A stretch of 55,159 bases of DNA from Minisyncoccia bacterium (GCA_049296855.1 JBAQTF010000014.1:1-55159); one strand, 5' to 3'. Shown: positions 18,155-29,084, counted from the first letter of the stretch. The notes: generated by a model not told the origin, from the letters alone. Numbers and translations: made by a program.

Positions 18155-19234
18155 CTAGCTACTATTTAACATCCTTTCGGTTCTATCAATCTTGTCTTTC
18201 TCAAAGTCATCAAAGAATTCAATTGCCGCGGCAGCAATAGGCACGGCAAGTATAATACCTATAAACCCCGCTAACTGGAAACCAGCAACAAGTGCGATGA
18301 TGGAAACTATTGGAGAGACACCGACAACTTTTTTCACCACAAGAGGATAGATCAGTTGATTTTCAAATTGATGAACTATTAGATAAAGACCTATAACTAA
18401 AACTGCTAAAGGAAGTTGTCCGCTAACAAAAGCAATCATGACCGCTGGGATAGAAGCAAGTATTGGGCCGAAAAGTGGAATAATTTCAAATGCAGCTGCA
18501 AGTGTAGCCAGAAGGAGAGCGTTTGGAACATTGAGAATAAGTAATCCAAGGTATACTAGCATTCCGATAATAATAGCTAGGACTAATTGTCCTTGCATCC
18601 AAAGACCTATTTTTAGTTGAGATCTTTTCCAGAGAGCGGTAATGTATTTCTCATGTTTAATAGGACTAATGGCTTTCAAGAATTTACCGACTCCATCATT
18701 TTCCACAGCAAGATAGAAAGATAGAATTATTATTAGGAAAAATGACAAAATCCCACCAAATACTGTAGCAACAGTACCAAATGCATTTGAAGAAAAACTA
18801 GTAATGATACCGTTTATCTTCGCAATTACTAGATCTATATTTAAACTACTTGTCAGGCCAGCGACAAAAGATTTAGACGATAAGAAATCATTGTTAGCTA
18901 TGGTGTCAGCTACAGATGTAGGATTAAAATAAACAGGAACGTTTCGTAGAAAATCACTTGATTCAGAAAGTAGTGGTAATAATAAGAAAAATACTACACC
19001 CACCAAAAATACGGCCATAGATAGATAAATCAAAATAACGGCAAAAAGTCTCGGTACATTATGTCTAATAAACCATTGAGCCCCAGGCTCGACAGCTGAA
19101 GCTACAACGACAGACATAAGAATAACGAGAACTAAGTCTTTTAGCATAAATAAAAGAGCAAAAAATAATACAACGACTATCGTTTTCACTATTGTCCCGA
19201 CACTAATACTAATAGATTGCTCTTTATACTCCAT
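18155..19234 (-). CDS. AI-2E/PerM-family membrane transporter
   Basis: 359-aa protein with about 8 TM helices and PerM-like organisation. TGTTATTAT lies 6 nt upstream of the ATG. Confidence 0.6.
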   Translation of the reverse strand: MEYKEQSISISVGTIVKTIVVVLFFALLFMLKDLVLVILMSVVVASAVEPGAQWFIRHNVPRLFAVILIYLSMAVFLVGVVFFLLLPLLSESSDFLRNVPVYFNPTSVADTIANNDFLSSKSFVAGLTSSLNIDLVIAKINGIITSFSSNAFGTVATVFGGILSFFLIIILSFYLAVENDGVGKFLKAISPIKHEKYITALWKRSQLKIGLWMQGQLVLAIIIGMLVYLGLLILNVPNALLLATLAAAFEIIPLFGPILASIPAVMIAFVSGQLPLAVLVIGLYLIVHQFENQLIYPLVVKKVVGVSPIVSIIALVAGFQLAGFIGIILAVPIAAAAIEFFDDFEKDKIDRTERMLNSS

Positions 19235-19283
19235 GACTAAATAATAACATTATATGTAGTTAATTAAAAATGCATGATCCAAC

Positions 19284-20678
19284 CTAAATCTGAGATTTTA
19301 CAAAGTTAATGAGCTCACTAACTTGCATCCTCTTTTGTTCACCAGTATCTCTATTTCTAACAGTTACTCCAGCATCCTTCTCGATTGTTTCAAAATCCAC
19401 CGTAACACACCATGGGGTTCCTATCTCATCCTGTCTTCTATATCTCTTTCCAATATTTCCGTTATCATCAAACATAACCGCACCAAATTCTTTTTTGAGA
19501 ATCTTGTAAATTTCACGTGCCTTTTCTACCAATTCTAGTTTATTCTTGAGAAGTGGAAAAACTGCGATTTTCATAGGAGCTATTTTGGGAACAAATTTAA
19601 GATAAATTCTTGTCTCACCGCCAAGATTATCTTCTGTATATGCATCAGACAGTATAGCTAGAATCGTCCTGTCTACCCCAAGTGACGGTTCTATAACATG
19701 GGGGATAAACCTATCCTTACTCTCTTCATCAAAATATGAGATGTCTACACCAGAGGCCGAAGAGTGTGCCCTCAAGTCAAAATCCGTTCGGTATGCAAGA
19801 CCATACAACTCTTTTCTTCCAAATGGATAATCAAACTCTATATCAATAGTTCTTTTTGAGTAGTGCGCCCTATCACTATCAGCAACTTCTAGTTCGTGAA
19901 CATGAGACATATTGAGACCGATTTCTTTGCACCAAGAAAGCATAACTCTTCTCCACTCTTCAAATGATTTCTTCCAATCCGCCTCCTTAACAAAATACTC
20001 AACTTCCATCTGTCTGAACTCGCGAGAACGGAAAACAAAATCTCTCGGAGCAATTTCGTTACGAAATGCCTTACCTATTTGACCCAAACCAAATGGGATT
20101 TTTGGATGTAGCGAATCAAGAACATTTTTAAAATTTACAAACATTCCTCCAGCAGTTTCCGGACGGAGATATGAAACAGAACTTTCATCCTCTGTCGCCC
20201 CAACATGAGTCTTGAACATCATATTAAATTGTCGTGATGGTCCATATTTATGTTGTTTTTTTGTCTTAGAACAAACCAACATTTTCTTATCCTCCTGAGA
20301 CATCTTATCTAAATCCGAATTCTCATTAAGTCTATTGAGAGCTTCTAGAACATGATCATTTCTAAATCTTAGGTGACAATCTACACATTCAACAAGTGGG
20401 TCAGAAAATCCGGAAACGTGGCCAGATGCTTCCCAAACCTTTGGATTCATAAGTATTGCTGCATCAATTCCATACATATCTTCTCTATCGGAAATAAACA
20501 TTTTCCACCAAAGATTTTCTATATTATTAGATAGCTCTGTACCATATGGACCATAATCCCAAGTTCCAGCCAATCCTCCATAAATTTCTGAACCTTGAAA
20601 AATAAACCCTCGGCGTTTACAGAGAGAAACTATTTTTTCCATCACTTCTTCATCTTTATTTTTAGTTTTTTCTACCAT
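19284..20678 (-). CDS. glyQS: Glycyl-tRNA synthetase (dimeric class II type)
   Basis: RRGFIFQGSEIYGGLAGTWDYGPYG, FRNEIAPR, GVDRTILAIL. Confidence 0.93.
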   Translation of the reverse strand: MVEKTKNKDEEVMEKIVSLCKRRGFIFQGSEIYGGLAGTWDYGPYGTELSNNIENLWWKMFISDREDMYGIDAAILMNPKVWEASGHVSGFSDPLVECVDCHLRFRNDHVLEALNRLNENSDLDKMSQEDKKMLVCSKTKKQHKYGPSRQFNMMFKTHVGATEDESSVSYLRPETAGGMFVNFKNVLDSLHPKIPFGLGQIGKAFRNEIAPRDFVFRSREFRQMEVEYFVKEADWKKSFEEWRRVMLSWCKEIGLNMSHVHELEVADSDRAHYSKRTIDIEFDYPFGRKELYGLAYRTDFDLRAHSSASGVDISYFDEESKDRFIPHVIEPSLGVDRTILAILSDAYTEDNLGGETRIYLKFVPKIAPMKIAVFPLLKNKLELVEKAREIYKILKKEFGAVMFDDNGNIGKRYRRQDEIGTPWCVTVDFETIEKDAGVTVRNRDTGEQKRMQVSELINFVKSQI

Positions 20679-20720
20679 ATCATTATCCTATCAGGCTTTC
20701 TAATTTGAGCAAATATTAAA

Positions 20721-22628
20721 CTACTGTAAAATTCTATCATCACCTTGTTTAAATTCTGGATCAGAATATTTTGTCGTCACTGATTCGAGTTCTAATCTGA
20801 TAGATGAGTTAGTATAAGTATCAGTAGAAGTCACTGTCGCCCCTGAAGCTAGAAATACATCATTTCCTATTTGACTTAGGCTGGGAATCAAACCTACTTT
20901 GAACGAAACTTCTCTAGGGGAATATGTAAACCCAGTACCAGAATTCACATTACCCACATTCCAAGTGACCATCCTATTATCAGAAGTAAAGTTTACCCTT
21001 TCGGAAGCTGGGGAGGTCTCACCTTTCCAAGTAACTCCAAGTGGAAGTACAGCTGAAACAGCTGTGTCTTTCAAATCATTTGTAGTATTAGTCAATGTCC
21101 AAGTAATCGTATACGTAGACTCTTTATCTGCACGAGGAGGAATAGGGCCACTATTTGTAAGTTGACCATAAGCCCTATATGACTTCATTGTCACGGCGAG
21201 TGTAGAATCCATTTTGATTACTAAATCCGCAGACGACGTCATCGTCATCGCCTCCGTTCCAGAACGGTCCCCCATCATCGCTACGTGGACATCAATATGA
21301 GGATTTTTTATTGATCTAAGTTGGACAGGGTTGGTAAATGCACCAACAGAAAACACTACCATACCACTATCTCCTGGTGACATACTGGCTAGATTACTTA
21401 AATTATTTTTATCCCAGATAATAGTATTATCAACAGATCTGTAAAAACCATTTCCACTAAGTTTAACGTTAGTTCTGTCAAAAACATTACCTGAAATAGT
21501 CGCTTCTATTTGACTATCTAGAATCCTATCGGGTACAGTGTTCTGCCATGAAATAGTAACTGGTGCTAACTGTCCAACCTGTATAACATTATTTTGCCCA
21601 GAACTAACAGTTAAATCAAAAAATGATTTACGTATACCTATTGTAACGGTAGAAACAGCTAAAAGTGTATCAAAATCTTTTGAATCATCTCTACTTTGTG
21701 TTCCAGCAGAAAATCTAAATGACCTATCTTCTGAATTCTGTCCGACTAGAGTTCCTCTTATTGTCAATTTTTTATTATCTCCATTTTTTAGATCACCTAT
21801 ATTCCAAACAGAATTATTACGTAAAGGCTTTAGACTAGAATCTTTATAAGTGAATCCGTACGGATACTCAACTTTGATCATAGAATCTTTCATCACCACA
21901 CTTGAGTTTGAAGTTATATCAACATTTAAAACCAATTCTTGACCAGAATTCACCTCTTGAGGATATACAACATTGAGTAATATCGGGGACGAACCAATAA
22001 GGACTTCGTACTTTTTCTCTTTTGAAAAGGTGGCATTTGAACCTTTTACTTTGTACTCAAGCCTAAACGTAAACCCCTTAATTACATCTTTTTCACCAAA
22101 AAGCAGGGTACGGACAGAGTAGTCTTTACTTTGCCCTTTACCTATTGTACCGATGGATGTTGTCTCTCGGCTAATAATTTTTTGACTATCGTCAATTGAT
22201 GCTGCACCATTTGGATACTCTGTATGTAAAATAACATCCTCAATATCAGCACTATTTAAATTATCTATTGAAAGACCGATAGAGAGCTCCTCTCCAGAAG
22301 ATATGGAACTTGGAGCAATAACTTTAATATCAACGTTATTTGAGGAAATCATATTAAAACCCCCAAAAAAAATATATGAAGCTATAATTAGAGAAATCAC
22401 GAAAAAAACTACCGAGATAACAAAAAACTTATTAAAGAATGAACTACCATTTTTAGTCATATCTAAAGATGAGAAACCGAAAAACGGTCTGTCGCCCCAA
22501 CTTTTAGGAACGTCAAGATCGTGTTCTGGTACAGGAGTACGTTTCTCCTTTGGAACAACATACTCATTACGAGAATAAAGTGTCCTTTTTAGACGTTCTA
22601 TACTACTTTCTTCTGACTGAGGTTCCAT
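20721..22628 (-). CDS. Large membrane-anchored extracellular protein (beta-sandwich repeat-like), hypothetical
   Basis: 635-aa ORF with one TM helix (FFVISVVFFVISLIIASYIFFGGF) and a Ser/Thr/Asn-rich ectodomain. TGTTATAAT lies 6 nt upstream of the ATG. Confidence 0.75.
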   Translation of the reverse strand: MEPQSEESSIERLKRTLYSRNEYVVPKEKRTPVPEHDLDVPKSWGDRPFFGFSSLDMTKNGSSFFNKFFVISVVFFVISLIIASYIFFGGFNMISSNNVDIKVIAPSSISSGEELSIGLSIDNLNSADIEDVILHTEYPNGAASIDDSQKIISRETTSIGTIGKGQSKDYSVRTLLFGEKDVIKGFTFRLEYKVKGSNATFSKEKKYEVLIGSSPILLNVVYPQEVNSGQELVLNVDITSNSSVVMKDSMIKVEYPYGFTYKDSSLKPLRNNSVWNIGDLKNGDNKKLTIRGTLVGQNSEDRSFRFSAGTQSRDDSKDFDTLLAVSTVTIGIRKSFFDLTVSSGQNNVIQVGQLAPVTISWQNTVPDRILDSQIEATISGNVFDRTNVKLSGNGFYRSVDNTIIWDKNNLSNLASMSPGDSGMVVFSVGAFTNPVQLRSIKNPHIDVHVAMMGDRSGTEAMTMTSSADLVIKMDSTLAVTMKSYRAYGQLTNSGPIPPRADKESTYTITWTLTNTTNDLKDTAVSAVLPLGVTWKGETSPASERVNFTSDNRMVTWNVGNVNSGTGFTYSPREVSFKVGLIPSLSQIGNDVFLASGATVTSTDTYTNSSIRLELESVTTKYSDPEFKQGDDRILQ

Positions 22629-22662
22629 CCCTAAATTATAACATATCTTATATTTGCAAAAC

Positions 22663-23247
22663 CTATAATTGACTCTCTTTTAGTGCTTTGTTTATTAACC
22701 CAATAATTTTCACTTTATTTTCTTTTATTTTCTGTAAAATAAGTTCGTTCCATTCGGTAGTGTTTTTTAGAAAAATTTCTGTGTTCTCGTTAATAACCAC
22801 ATAACCAAGTTGATATAAAATCCTTAAGACAATGAGAACTTCAAAATCTGGGGTGCTCACCTCTCTAAGTGACTCTAAAAACTCAAAACCAGATTCGATC
22901 GTCTCAAATATTTCTGGATGAGGAGATTCACCTGGAATCATTTTCATCAAAACAGATGCGACTTGCGCCATTGTCACATGAGAGTACTCAGGATATTCAT
23001 AAAAGAAACTTCCATTCTCTACAACATTTGTGATTTTCCAACCATTTTTACCTTTGATACAAGACAGAGAAACATATGTATACTCTTGAAGTGCCGAACG
23101 AAGTTTGGAAACCGAAAGTCTAGCTGAACGTGCAGAGGCAATTATAAGCCCGAGATCACGAGTCAGAACATGCAACATTATATTAGCCTCGCCAAAAGGG
23201 GTACGTTTTAAAATAATTCCCGGAGTAGTATAAATGTGATACGACAT
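22663..23247 (-). CDS. recO: DNA repair protein RecO
   Basis: N-terminal OB-fold-like GIILKRTPFGEANIMLHVLTRDLGLI, 194 aa. Confidence 0.8.
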   Translation of the reverse strand: MSYHIYTTPGIILKRTPFGEANIMLHVLTRDLGLIIASARSARLSVSKLRSALQEYTYVSLSCIKGKNGWKITNVVENGSFFYEYPEYSHVTMAQVASVLMKMIPGESPHPEIFETIESGFEFLESLREVSTPDFEVLIVLRILYQLGYVVINENTEIFLKNTTEWNELILQKIKENKVKIIGLINKALKESQL

Positions 23248-23270
23248 TGTTTTATTATGACCATAGGAAA

Positions 23271-23357
23271 TTATAAATACAAGAAGTACTCTCGTGGTAC
23301 GACATTGTTTTCTAGAGCCTAGCGAATTAGAAACACAAGAAGCACCCTTGTGGCGAC
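23271..23357. repeat. Family-3 repeat, two cores (reverse orientation) between ileS and recO
   Basis: aagaagtactctcgtggtacgac (23281-303) and aagaagcacccttgtggcgac (23337-57). These are the rc of the gtcgtaccacaagggcacttc type. Confidence 0.7.
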
Positions 23358-23360
23358 TTA

Positions 23361-26300
23361 TTATTTCATAATGGAGAAAGATATCTCCCCATCTGATTCA
23401 ACGATATAATTTTGTTTTTCTTTTGAATATAAAATTTCCGTTATTTGAGTTGGTAACTTTATCATCTCAACATAATAATCAATTAAATTTTGTTTATTTG
23501 TACAGACAACTATTTTTATATTATCACTTGGACTAAGTTTCTCTGTCTTTCTGGCATCTTGAATAGCTCGTATAATATCTCGGGCAATTCCTTCTTCTTT
23601 TAATTCTTCCGTAAGATTTGTGTCTAATTTTATTTCTTTTCCAACTTTAACTTTTTTAACGTTGACCTCATCAGCAATAATATCTAATAGTTCTCGTGAA
23701 AATTTTTGTGGGATAGTAAGTGAAGCTAATGGTTGCCTAACTTTATGTCCTGCTTTTTGACGAAGTTCTAATGCACCTGAAACAACTTCTCGGACTTTTT
23801 GCATATCCTGAAGTAGAATTTCATCCACTATATCGCCTTTTGGCCAATCACATAGATGCACACTTTCTGGGTCACTATTTGATTTTATTTTTTGATATAC
23901 ATCTTCGGCAAAGAAAGGTGTAAATGGCGCCATATATTTCACAAACTCGAAAAGAACAAAAAGTGTGGTGGACAATGCATCATTTCTCTCTTGTTTATTG
24001 TCTGATTTGAAACGATCACGCGAACGACGAATATACCAAGTAGAAAAATCGTTTATAAAATCACGAGTTAGACGTGCAGACTCAAACACTTGAAATTTTT
24101 CAAGTGACTCTGTTCCGTTTTTTATAAGCTGACCTAATCTACTCAAAATCCATTTATCCAAAACATTTTTACTTTGGTTATTTGGTCTTGTATTACTGTC
24201 CTTATATAACTCATAGAAAGCCAGGATATTTAAGGCTGGATTAAAAACTTTTTTAAGTATTTCATCAACCGTTTTCTCGTCAAAGTTTTTGGAATCCCCT
24301 GGCTGGTTAACTGTGTACATCCACAAACGTAAAGCGTCCACTCCATATTTATCCATCAATTCCCAAGGATCCAAAATATTACCAATAGACTTTGACATCT
24401 TCCTCCCATCCTTATCCAAGATATGTCCAAGACAAATGACATTTTTATATGCTTTCCCTCTACCCATCAAAATCCCGATAGCATGTAAAGTGTAAAACCA
24501 CCCTCTGGTTTGATCTATAGCTTCAGAAATAAAATCTGCGGGGTAAGCAAGTTTTTCTTTATTAAAAGGATGATGATCCTGAGCAAAAGGCATACTACCT
24601 GAATCAAACCAAACATCCATAACTTCTTTTACCCTTTTTAGTGGATCACCTTTTTCATCAACAAGCTCAACAGAATCTATATATGGCTTATGTAAATCAA
24701 TTTCATATTTATCGTTATGTGGCATTTTTACGAAATCAATCTCTCTTATCTCTGCATTATCGAAATTTTTAAATTCTTTTGTTATTTTTGAAAGATTTCT
24801 ATACGAAAAACCCTTTGAAATCATTTCGATAGCACGACATGGGGCTCCATGAGAAATGATGAGAATATTCTTATCTTTATATTTTTCATCAGTTTCATAC
24901 ATAAATTTACTTAATCTTTGTAAAACTTCATTGTACGATTCCCCATCAGAAACTTTAAAAGCATACCTGTCTTCACTTTTGTTACGCACAGCAAAGAAAT
25001 CTTCCACAGACTTATGGTTAAATTCTCGACCAGTGTTCCATTCTCCTAAGCCAGAATCAGTAATAATTTTATCCTTTGAAAGTCCTATGATTTTTGCAAT
25101 CAAAACTGCAGTCTCCTGTGTTCTAGAAAATGGCGAAACAATGATTAGATCAATAGACTTGTCAGACAGGAATCTGGCAGTTTCTTTTACTTTCTCCGTA
25201 CCACTATTTGTCAAAGGATCTGAAACATCGAAATTTAGGTTTAATATTTTTTTTACATTTCCTTCTGTCTCACCATGTCGCATTACAAAATACTTATTAC
25301 CAGATTTTTTAGAATATTTCTTCAAATCTTCAACACTTCCTACAACTCGATAATTACCATCTTTGTCAGACCAGATAGGAAGTGGCGTCCCCCAATATCT
25401 CTCGCGGCTTATTGCCCAATCTTTTATTTCACGAAGCCACTCACCAAAACGTCCTTCTTTTATATGCTCTGGTTCCCAATGAATATCTTCATTTTCCCTT
25501 ACTAGTTCATCGCGTAATTTGGATATAGCGATATACCAAGAATCCCTAGCATAGTAGATAAGCGGGGTGCTACATCTCCAACAATGAGGATATGAGTGTT
25601 CATATTTTTCTTTTTTAAAAAGTAAACCTCGGTGAGCTAAATCCTTTATAATACCCACTGCAACTTCCTCGTCTTTTACAAACCGATCAGACAAAAAACC
25701 CATTCCGTCAGCAAAATACCCATCCTCTTTTACAAGGTGGTATTTTGGCAAACCGATTTCATTTCCCAGAACAAAATCGTCCTGACCATACATGACAGCA
25801 GTATGGACAACTCCTGTTCCATCTTCTGTGTTGACAAAATCCGCAGAATAAACTTGATACGACTTTTCAAAAGCAATCTTATCTTTTTCTCCAAACTTTT
25901 CTCTCATAAAAGGATATAGTGGTTCGTATTCCATTCCAACACATTCGCTCCCTTTGTGTTCAGCAATTATCTCGAATGGTTCTGTGATTATCGCAAGTCT
26001 ATCCTTTGCTAAAACTAAAATCTCGTCACCGACTTTTGCCTCGACATAAGTAATGTCTTTACCAACTGCGAGTGCAACATTTCCAGGTAAAGTCCAAGGA
26101 GTCGTCGTCCATGCCAAAAAATAACCCTTATCAAATCCCTTTAATTTAAACTTCACTGTAACTGACAAATCTTTATCATCTTGATACCCCTGTGCTAATT
26201 CATGAGAAGATAATGCCGTTCCACAACGAGGGCACCACGGCAAAACTTTGTAGTCTTTGTACAAAAGTTTCTCCTCGTCTACTGTCTTTAGAATATTCCA

Positions 26301-26801
26301 AACGGACTCTATATAGTCCGTATCAAAAGTATAGTAAGCATCTTTCTTATCAACCCAATACCCAATACGATCGGTAAAAACTTCCCAATCATGAACATAA
26401 TCAAACACACTTTGCTTACACTCTTTATTAAACTTCTCTATTCCATAAATCTCAATTTCTTTTTTTGACTTTAGTCCAAGCTTTTTCTCTATTTGTAATT
26501 CAACAGGCAAACCATGTGTGTCCCAGCCACCTTTTCTCCGTACATGAAATCCCTGCATAGTTTTATAACGAGGAATGATATCTTTAAAAACCCGGGCTTC
26601 GAGATGATGCAAAGCTGGTTTTGCATTTGCCGTTGGCGGACCTTCATAGAAAACAAAATTACCCTTTGAAGACGATCTCTCCAGAGTCTTTTTAAAAATC
26701 TCTTTTTCATTCCAAAACTCTAGTATCTTCTCTTCTCTTTTTGATAGATCACTTTTGAGTGTTTTTGGAGCTTTATCTTCGCTACCTTTCATAGAAGCCA
26801 T
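23361..26801 (-). CDS. ileS: Isoleucyl-tRNA synthetase (type 2-like) with an inserted histidine-phosphatase (phosphoglycerate-mutase-like) domain
   Basis: PPTANAKPALHH, KMSKSIGN, DQTRGWFY. The insert is YFVMRHGETEGN...SPFSRTQETA...ISHGAP, lying between PLPIW and DLHKPYID. The start is taken at MASMKG (26801) or MKG (26792). Confidence 0.9.
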   Translation of the reverse strand: MASMKGSEDKAPKTLKSDLSKREEKILEFWNEKEIFKKTLERSSSKGNFVFYEGPPTANAKPALHHLEARVFKDIIPRYKTMQGFHVRRKGGWDTHGLPVELQIEKKLGLKSKKEIEIYGIEKFNKECKQSVFDYVHDWEVFTDRIGYWVDKKDAYYTFDTDYIESVWNILKTVDEEKLLYKDYKVLPWCPRCGTALSSHELAQGYQDDKDLSVTVKFKLKGFDKGYFLAWTTTPWTLPGNVALAVGKDITYVEAKVGDEILVLAKDRLAIITEPFEIIAEHKGSECVGMEYEPLYPFMREKFGEKDKIAFEKSYQVYSADFVNTEDGTGVVHTAVMYGQDDFVLGNEIGLPKYHLVKEDGYFADGMGFLSDRFVKDEEVAVGIIKDLAHRGLLFKKEKYEHSYPHCWRCSTPLIYYARDSWYIAISKLRDELVRENEDIHWEPEHIKEGRFGEWLREIKDWAISRERYWGTPLPIWSDKDGNYRVVGSVEDLKKYSKKSGNKYFVMRHGETEGNVKKILNLNFDVSDPLTNSGTEKVKETARFLSDKSIDLIIVSPFSRTQETAVLIAKIIGLSKDKIITDSGLGEWNTGREFNHKSVEDFFAVRNKSEDRYAFKVSDGESYNEVLQRLSKFMYETDEKYKDKNILIISHGAPCRAIEMISKGFSYRNLSKITKEFKNFDNAEIREIDFVKMPHNDKYEIDLHKPYIDSVELVDEKGDPLKRVKEVMDVWFDSGSMPFAQDHHPFNKEKLAYPADFISEAIDQTRGWFYTLHAIGILMGRGKAYKNVICLGHILDKDGRKMSKSIGNILDPWELMDKYGVDALRLWMYTVNQPGDSKNFDEKTVDEILKKVFNPALNILAFYELYKDSNTRPNNQSKNVLDKWILSRLGQLIKNGTESLEKFQVFESARLTRDFINDFSTWYIRRSRDRFKSDNKQERNDALSTTLFVLFEFVKYMAPFTPFFAEDVYQKIKSNSDPESVHLCDWPKGDIVDEILLQDMQKVREVVSGALELRQKAGHKVRQPLASLTIPQKFSRELLDIIADEVNVKKVKVGKEIKLDTNLTEELKEEGIARDIIRAIQDARKTEKLSPSDNIKIVVCTNKQNLIDYYVEMIKLPTQITEILYSKEKQNYIVESDGEISFSIMK

Positions 26802-26805
26802 ATTA

Positions 26806-28509
26806 TCACATTTTCTCTGGAATTTTAATCCCCAATAAATTAAGACCGGAAGCCATAACTTGAACAAATACCTTCGTTATGGCCAAACGATAAGAAGAAG
26901 ATTTGTCTTCTACATCTATTATTTTGTGTGAGGCATAAAATGAATTGAACTCACCCGCCAGTTCAATGAGATACGTTGCAATATGGTGTGGAGCATATTC
27001 CATTCCCGCTCGAGCAACAATGTCTGGAAACCTCTCAAGATACCTCTCAAGATTTGTCGTCTCCCACTCACTCGGAAGCTTGGTTTCTGATTTCACAAAG
27101 GGGTCCCCTTTGTGGAATTCTTTTTCGGATTTTTTCAGGACAGATTTTGCTCTCACAGCGGAATACTGCAGATATGGCCCTGAATCCCCCTCAAAAGATA
27201 TGGATTTATCAAAATCAAAAATAATATCACCGCCGATAGCCTGCCGAAGTATCGAGTATTTTATCGCACCGATTGCTATTTGCTCAGCCAAAATTACCTT
27301 TTGTGTGTCATCAATATCCTTATGAAGTTGGCCACTGTCCCACATCTTTTCCAAAACCCTATCTTGCGTTTGCTGAATCAGAGCTTCCGCAGAAATGATA
27401 TTCCCTTCTCGCGATGACATTTTCCCTGTTGGAAGTTTCAAAAGCCCATGTGACAAATGAGTCAACTTTCCTTTTAAATCTGGAAAAACTTCACCAATAG
27501 CCACTTCCACCACTTTGAAAAACGAATCCTGTTCATTTGCCGTGACTGTTATGGACATATCATATGAAAACCAATCTTTTTTTATCTGAGCCAGACCGAG
27601 CTCTTTGGCTTCATATGTCGGCAGACCTTCAGAGTTTAGAAAGACTCTTGTGTGGGTTTTTGGCTCAAAGTTTTCTCCTTTGAAGATAACTGCACCCTTC
27701 ACACCTTTTTCGAAAACTTTACCAACATTTTCCAAAACTAACTCTTTACCGACTTCTCCACTTTCACTTTCAAAAAAGTGATAATCAAAATGATTATCTA
27801 ATTTTTCGTATAATTTTTCAAAATATTCTACCGATTCCTGCCTACCACCCTCATATATTTTATTTATCTCTGGATCACTTTCATCGTATATTTTTGTGTT
27901 TATTTTTGTTATTTCCCGTTTTGCTTTTTCGTCATCTTCATATGCCTTATGTCCAAAAGCATAAGCTTCTTTTATAGAAATGCCTTGCTTTAACGCCCAG
28001 ACGGCTTTGGCGACATGCAAACCAACATCACCATGATATGTAGCAGTTTGCACTTCTGCACCGTTTGCTTTAACAATTCTTGCTACAGACTCCCCTATAG
28101 TATTGTTCATCAAATGCCCTATGTGAAATGTTTTAAAAGGGTTTGGTTGAGTGTGTTCAATGAAAACTTTGTAACCTTTTGCATGTTCATTTTTTCCGTA
28201 TTCACTATCTTTCAAAATATCTTTCACAACATCACCAAAATATTCTTTGTCGAAAGAAAAATTTATAAATCCTGGAGCGACAACCCTGATTTTGATTTGC
28301 TTTAGCAAATCACCCTGAGTAAGTCGAAGGGTTATCTCCTCTGCTAGGTCAATCGGTTTATTCCTCAGCTCTTTTGCATAGGCCATAGCAACATTCGTCG
28401 AATAATCCCCCTTATCGAGATAAACAGAGGGTGTCAGTCTAACCTTAGGATTTTTAATTCCTTTTTTCTCCAGGAAACTCTTTATTTCTTTTTCCAATGT
28501 TTCCTTCAT
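26806..28509 (-). CDS. argS: Arginyl-tRNA synthetase
   Basis: NPFKTFHIGHLMN (HIGH motif), 567 aa, with an ArgRS-like N-terminal additional domain. Confidence 0.9.
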   Translation of the reverse strand: MKETLEKEIKSFLEKKGIKNPKVRLTPSVYLDKGDYSTNVAMAYAKELRNKPIDLAEEITLRLTQGDLLKQIKIRVVAPGFINFSFDKEYFGDVVKDILKDSEYGKNEHAKGYKVFIEHTQPNPFKTFHIGHLMNNTIGESVARIVKANGAEVQTATYHGDVGLHVAKAVWALKQGISIKEAYAFGHKAYEDDEKAKREITKINTKIYDESDPEINKIYEGGRQESVEYFEKLYEKLDNHFDYHFFESESGEVGKELVLENVGKVFEKGVKGAVIFKGENFEPKTHTRVFLNSEGLPTYEAKELGLAQIKKDWFSYDMSITVTANEQDSFFKVVEVAIGEVFPDLKGKLTHLSHGLLKLPTGKMSSREGNIISAEALIQQTQDRVLEKMWDSGQLHKDIDDTQKVILAEQIAIGAIKYSILRQAIGGDIIFDFDKSISFEGDSGPYLQYSAVRAKSVLKKSEKEFHKGDPFVKSETKLPSEWETTNLERYLERFPDIVARAGMEYAPHHIATYLIELAGEFNSFYASHKIIDVEDKSSSYRLAITKVFVQVMASGLNLLGIKIPEKM

Positions 28510-28676
28510 TATTTTATAATAACATTTTTCTAACTTAAAAGAATTTTTGATCCTTCATTATATTCAAATTAATCAAAAGTAATGACTAATTAGTTATCAA
28601 CAGTTACATTGATAATAAATGATAGACTATATATCATTACTTATAATCCTATTAAGGTTTATTAAGGTAAGACTCT

Positions 28677-28922
28677 ATGGCGAACCAATACATCACAATT
28701 AAACAGGCTTCAAAAATTTTAGGTGTCACTACCCTTACCCTTCGAAATTGGGATAAGAATGGTAAGTTAAAAGCTCATCGCCACCCTATGAATAACTATC
28801 GAGTTTACAACATTGAAGATCTCGAAAAAGTAATCATGGAAATTGAGGCCAACACTGGACTTCGAAAAAGTACAAAAAAAGAGATTAAAAAACTTATTGT
28901 TAAACACTTATACGATGAGTAA
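28677..28922 (+). CDS. Small MerR/excisionase-type HTH DNA-binding protein
   Basis: ITIKQASKILGVTTLTLRNWDKNGKL, 81 aa, with no effector domain. Confidence 0.7.
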   Translation: MANQYITIKQASKILGVTTLTLRNWDKNGKLKAHRHPMNNYRVYNIEDLEKVIMEIEANTGLRKSTKKEIKKLIVKHLYDE

Positions 28923-29034
28923 CAGAATATAAGTAAAATCTTTTGTCAATAGCTATAAATTACTGAGGCGAAAACTTTTATACTGTGATCCATAAAAACT
29001 CCACTTTTGCCCAAACACAATCTGACTTATCTAA

Positions 29035-29063
29035 TTGACCTAAATGTTTATAGAGGGTAATAT
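29035..29063 (+). promoter_or_regulatory. Sigma70-type promoter of folA (-35 TTGACC, 17-nt spacer, -10 TAATAT)
   Basis: TTGACC at 29035-40 and TAATAT at 29058-63, followed by a 21-nt leader with AAGGAG 5 nt before the ATG. Confidence 0.6.
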
Positions 29064-29084
29064 CGTTTTAGAAAAGGAGTCCTG

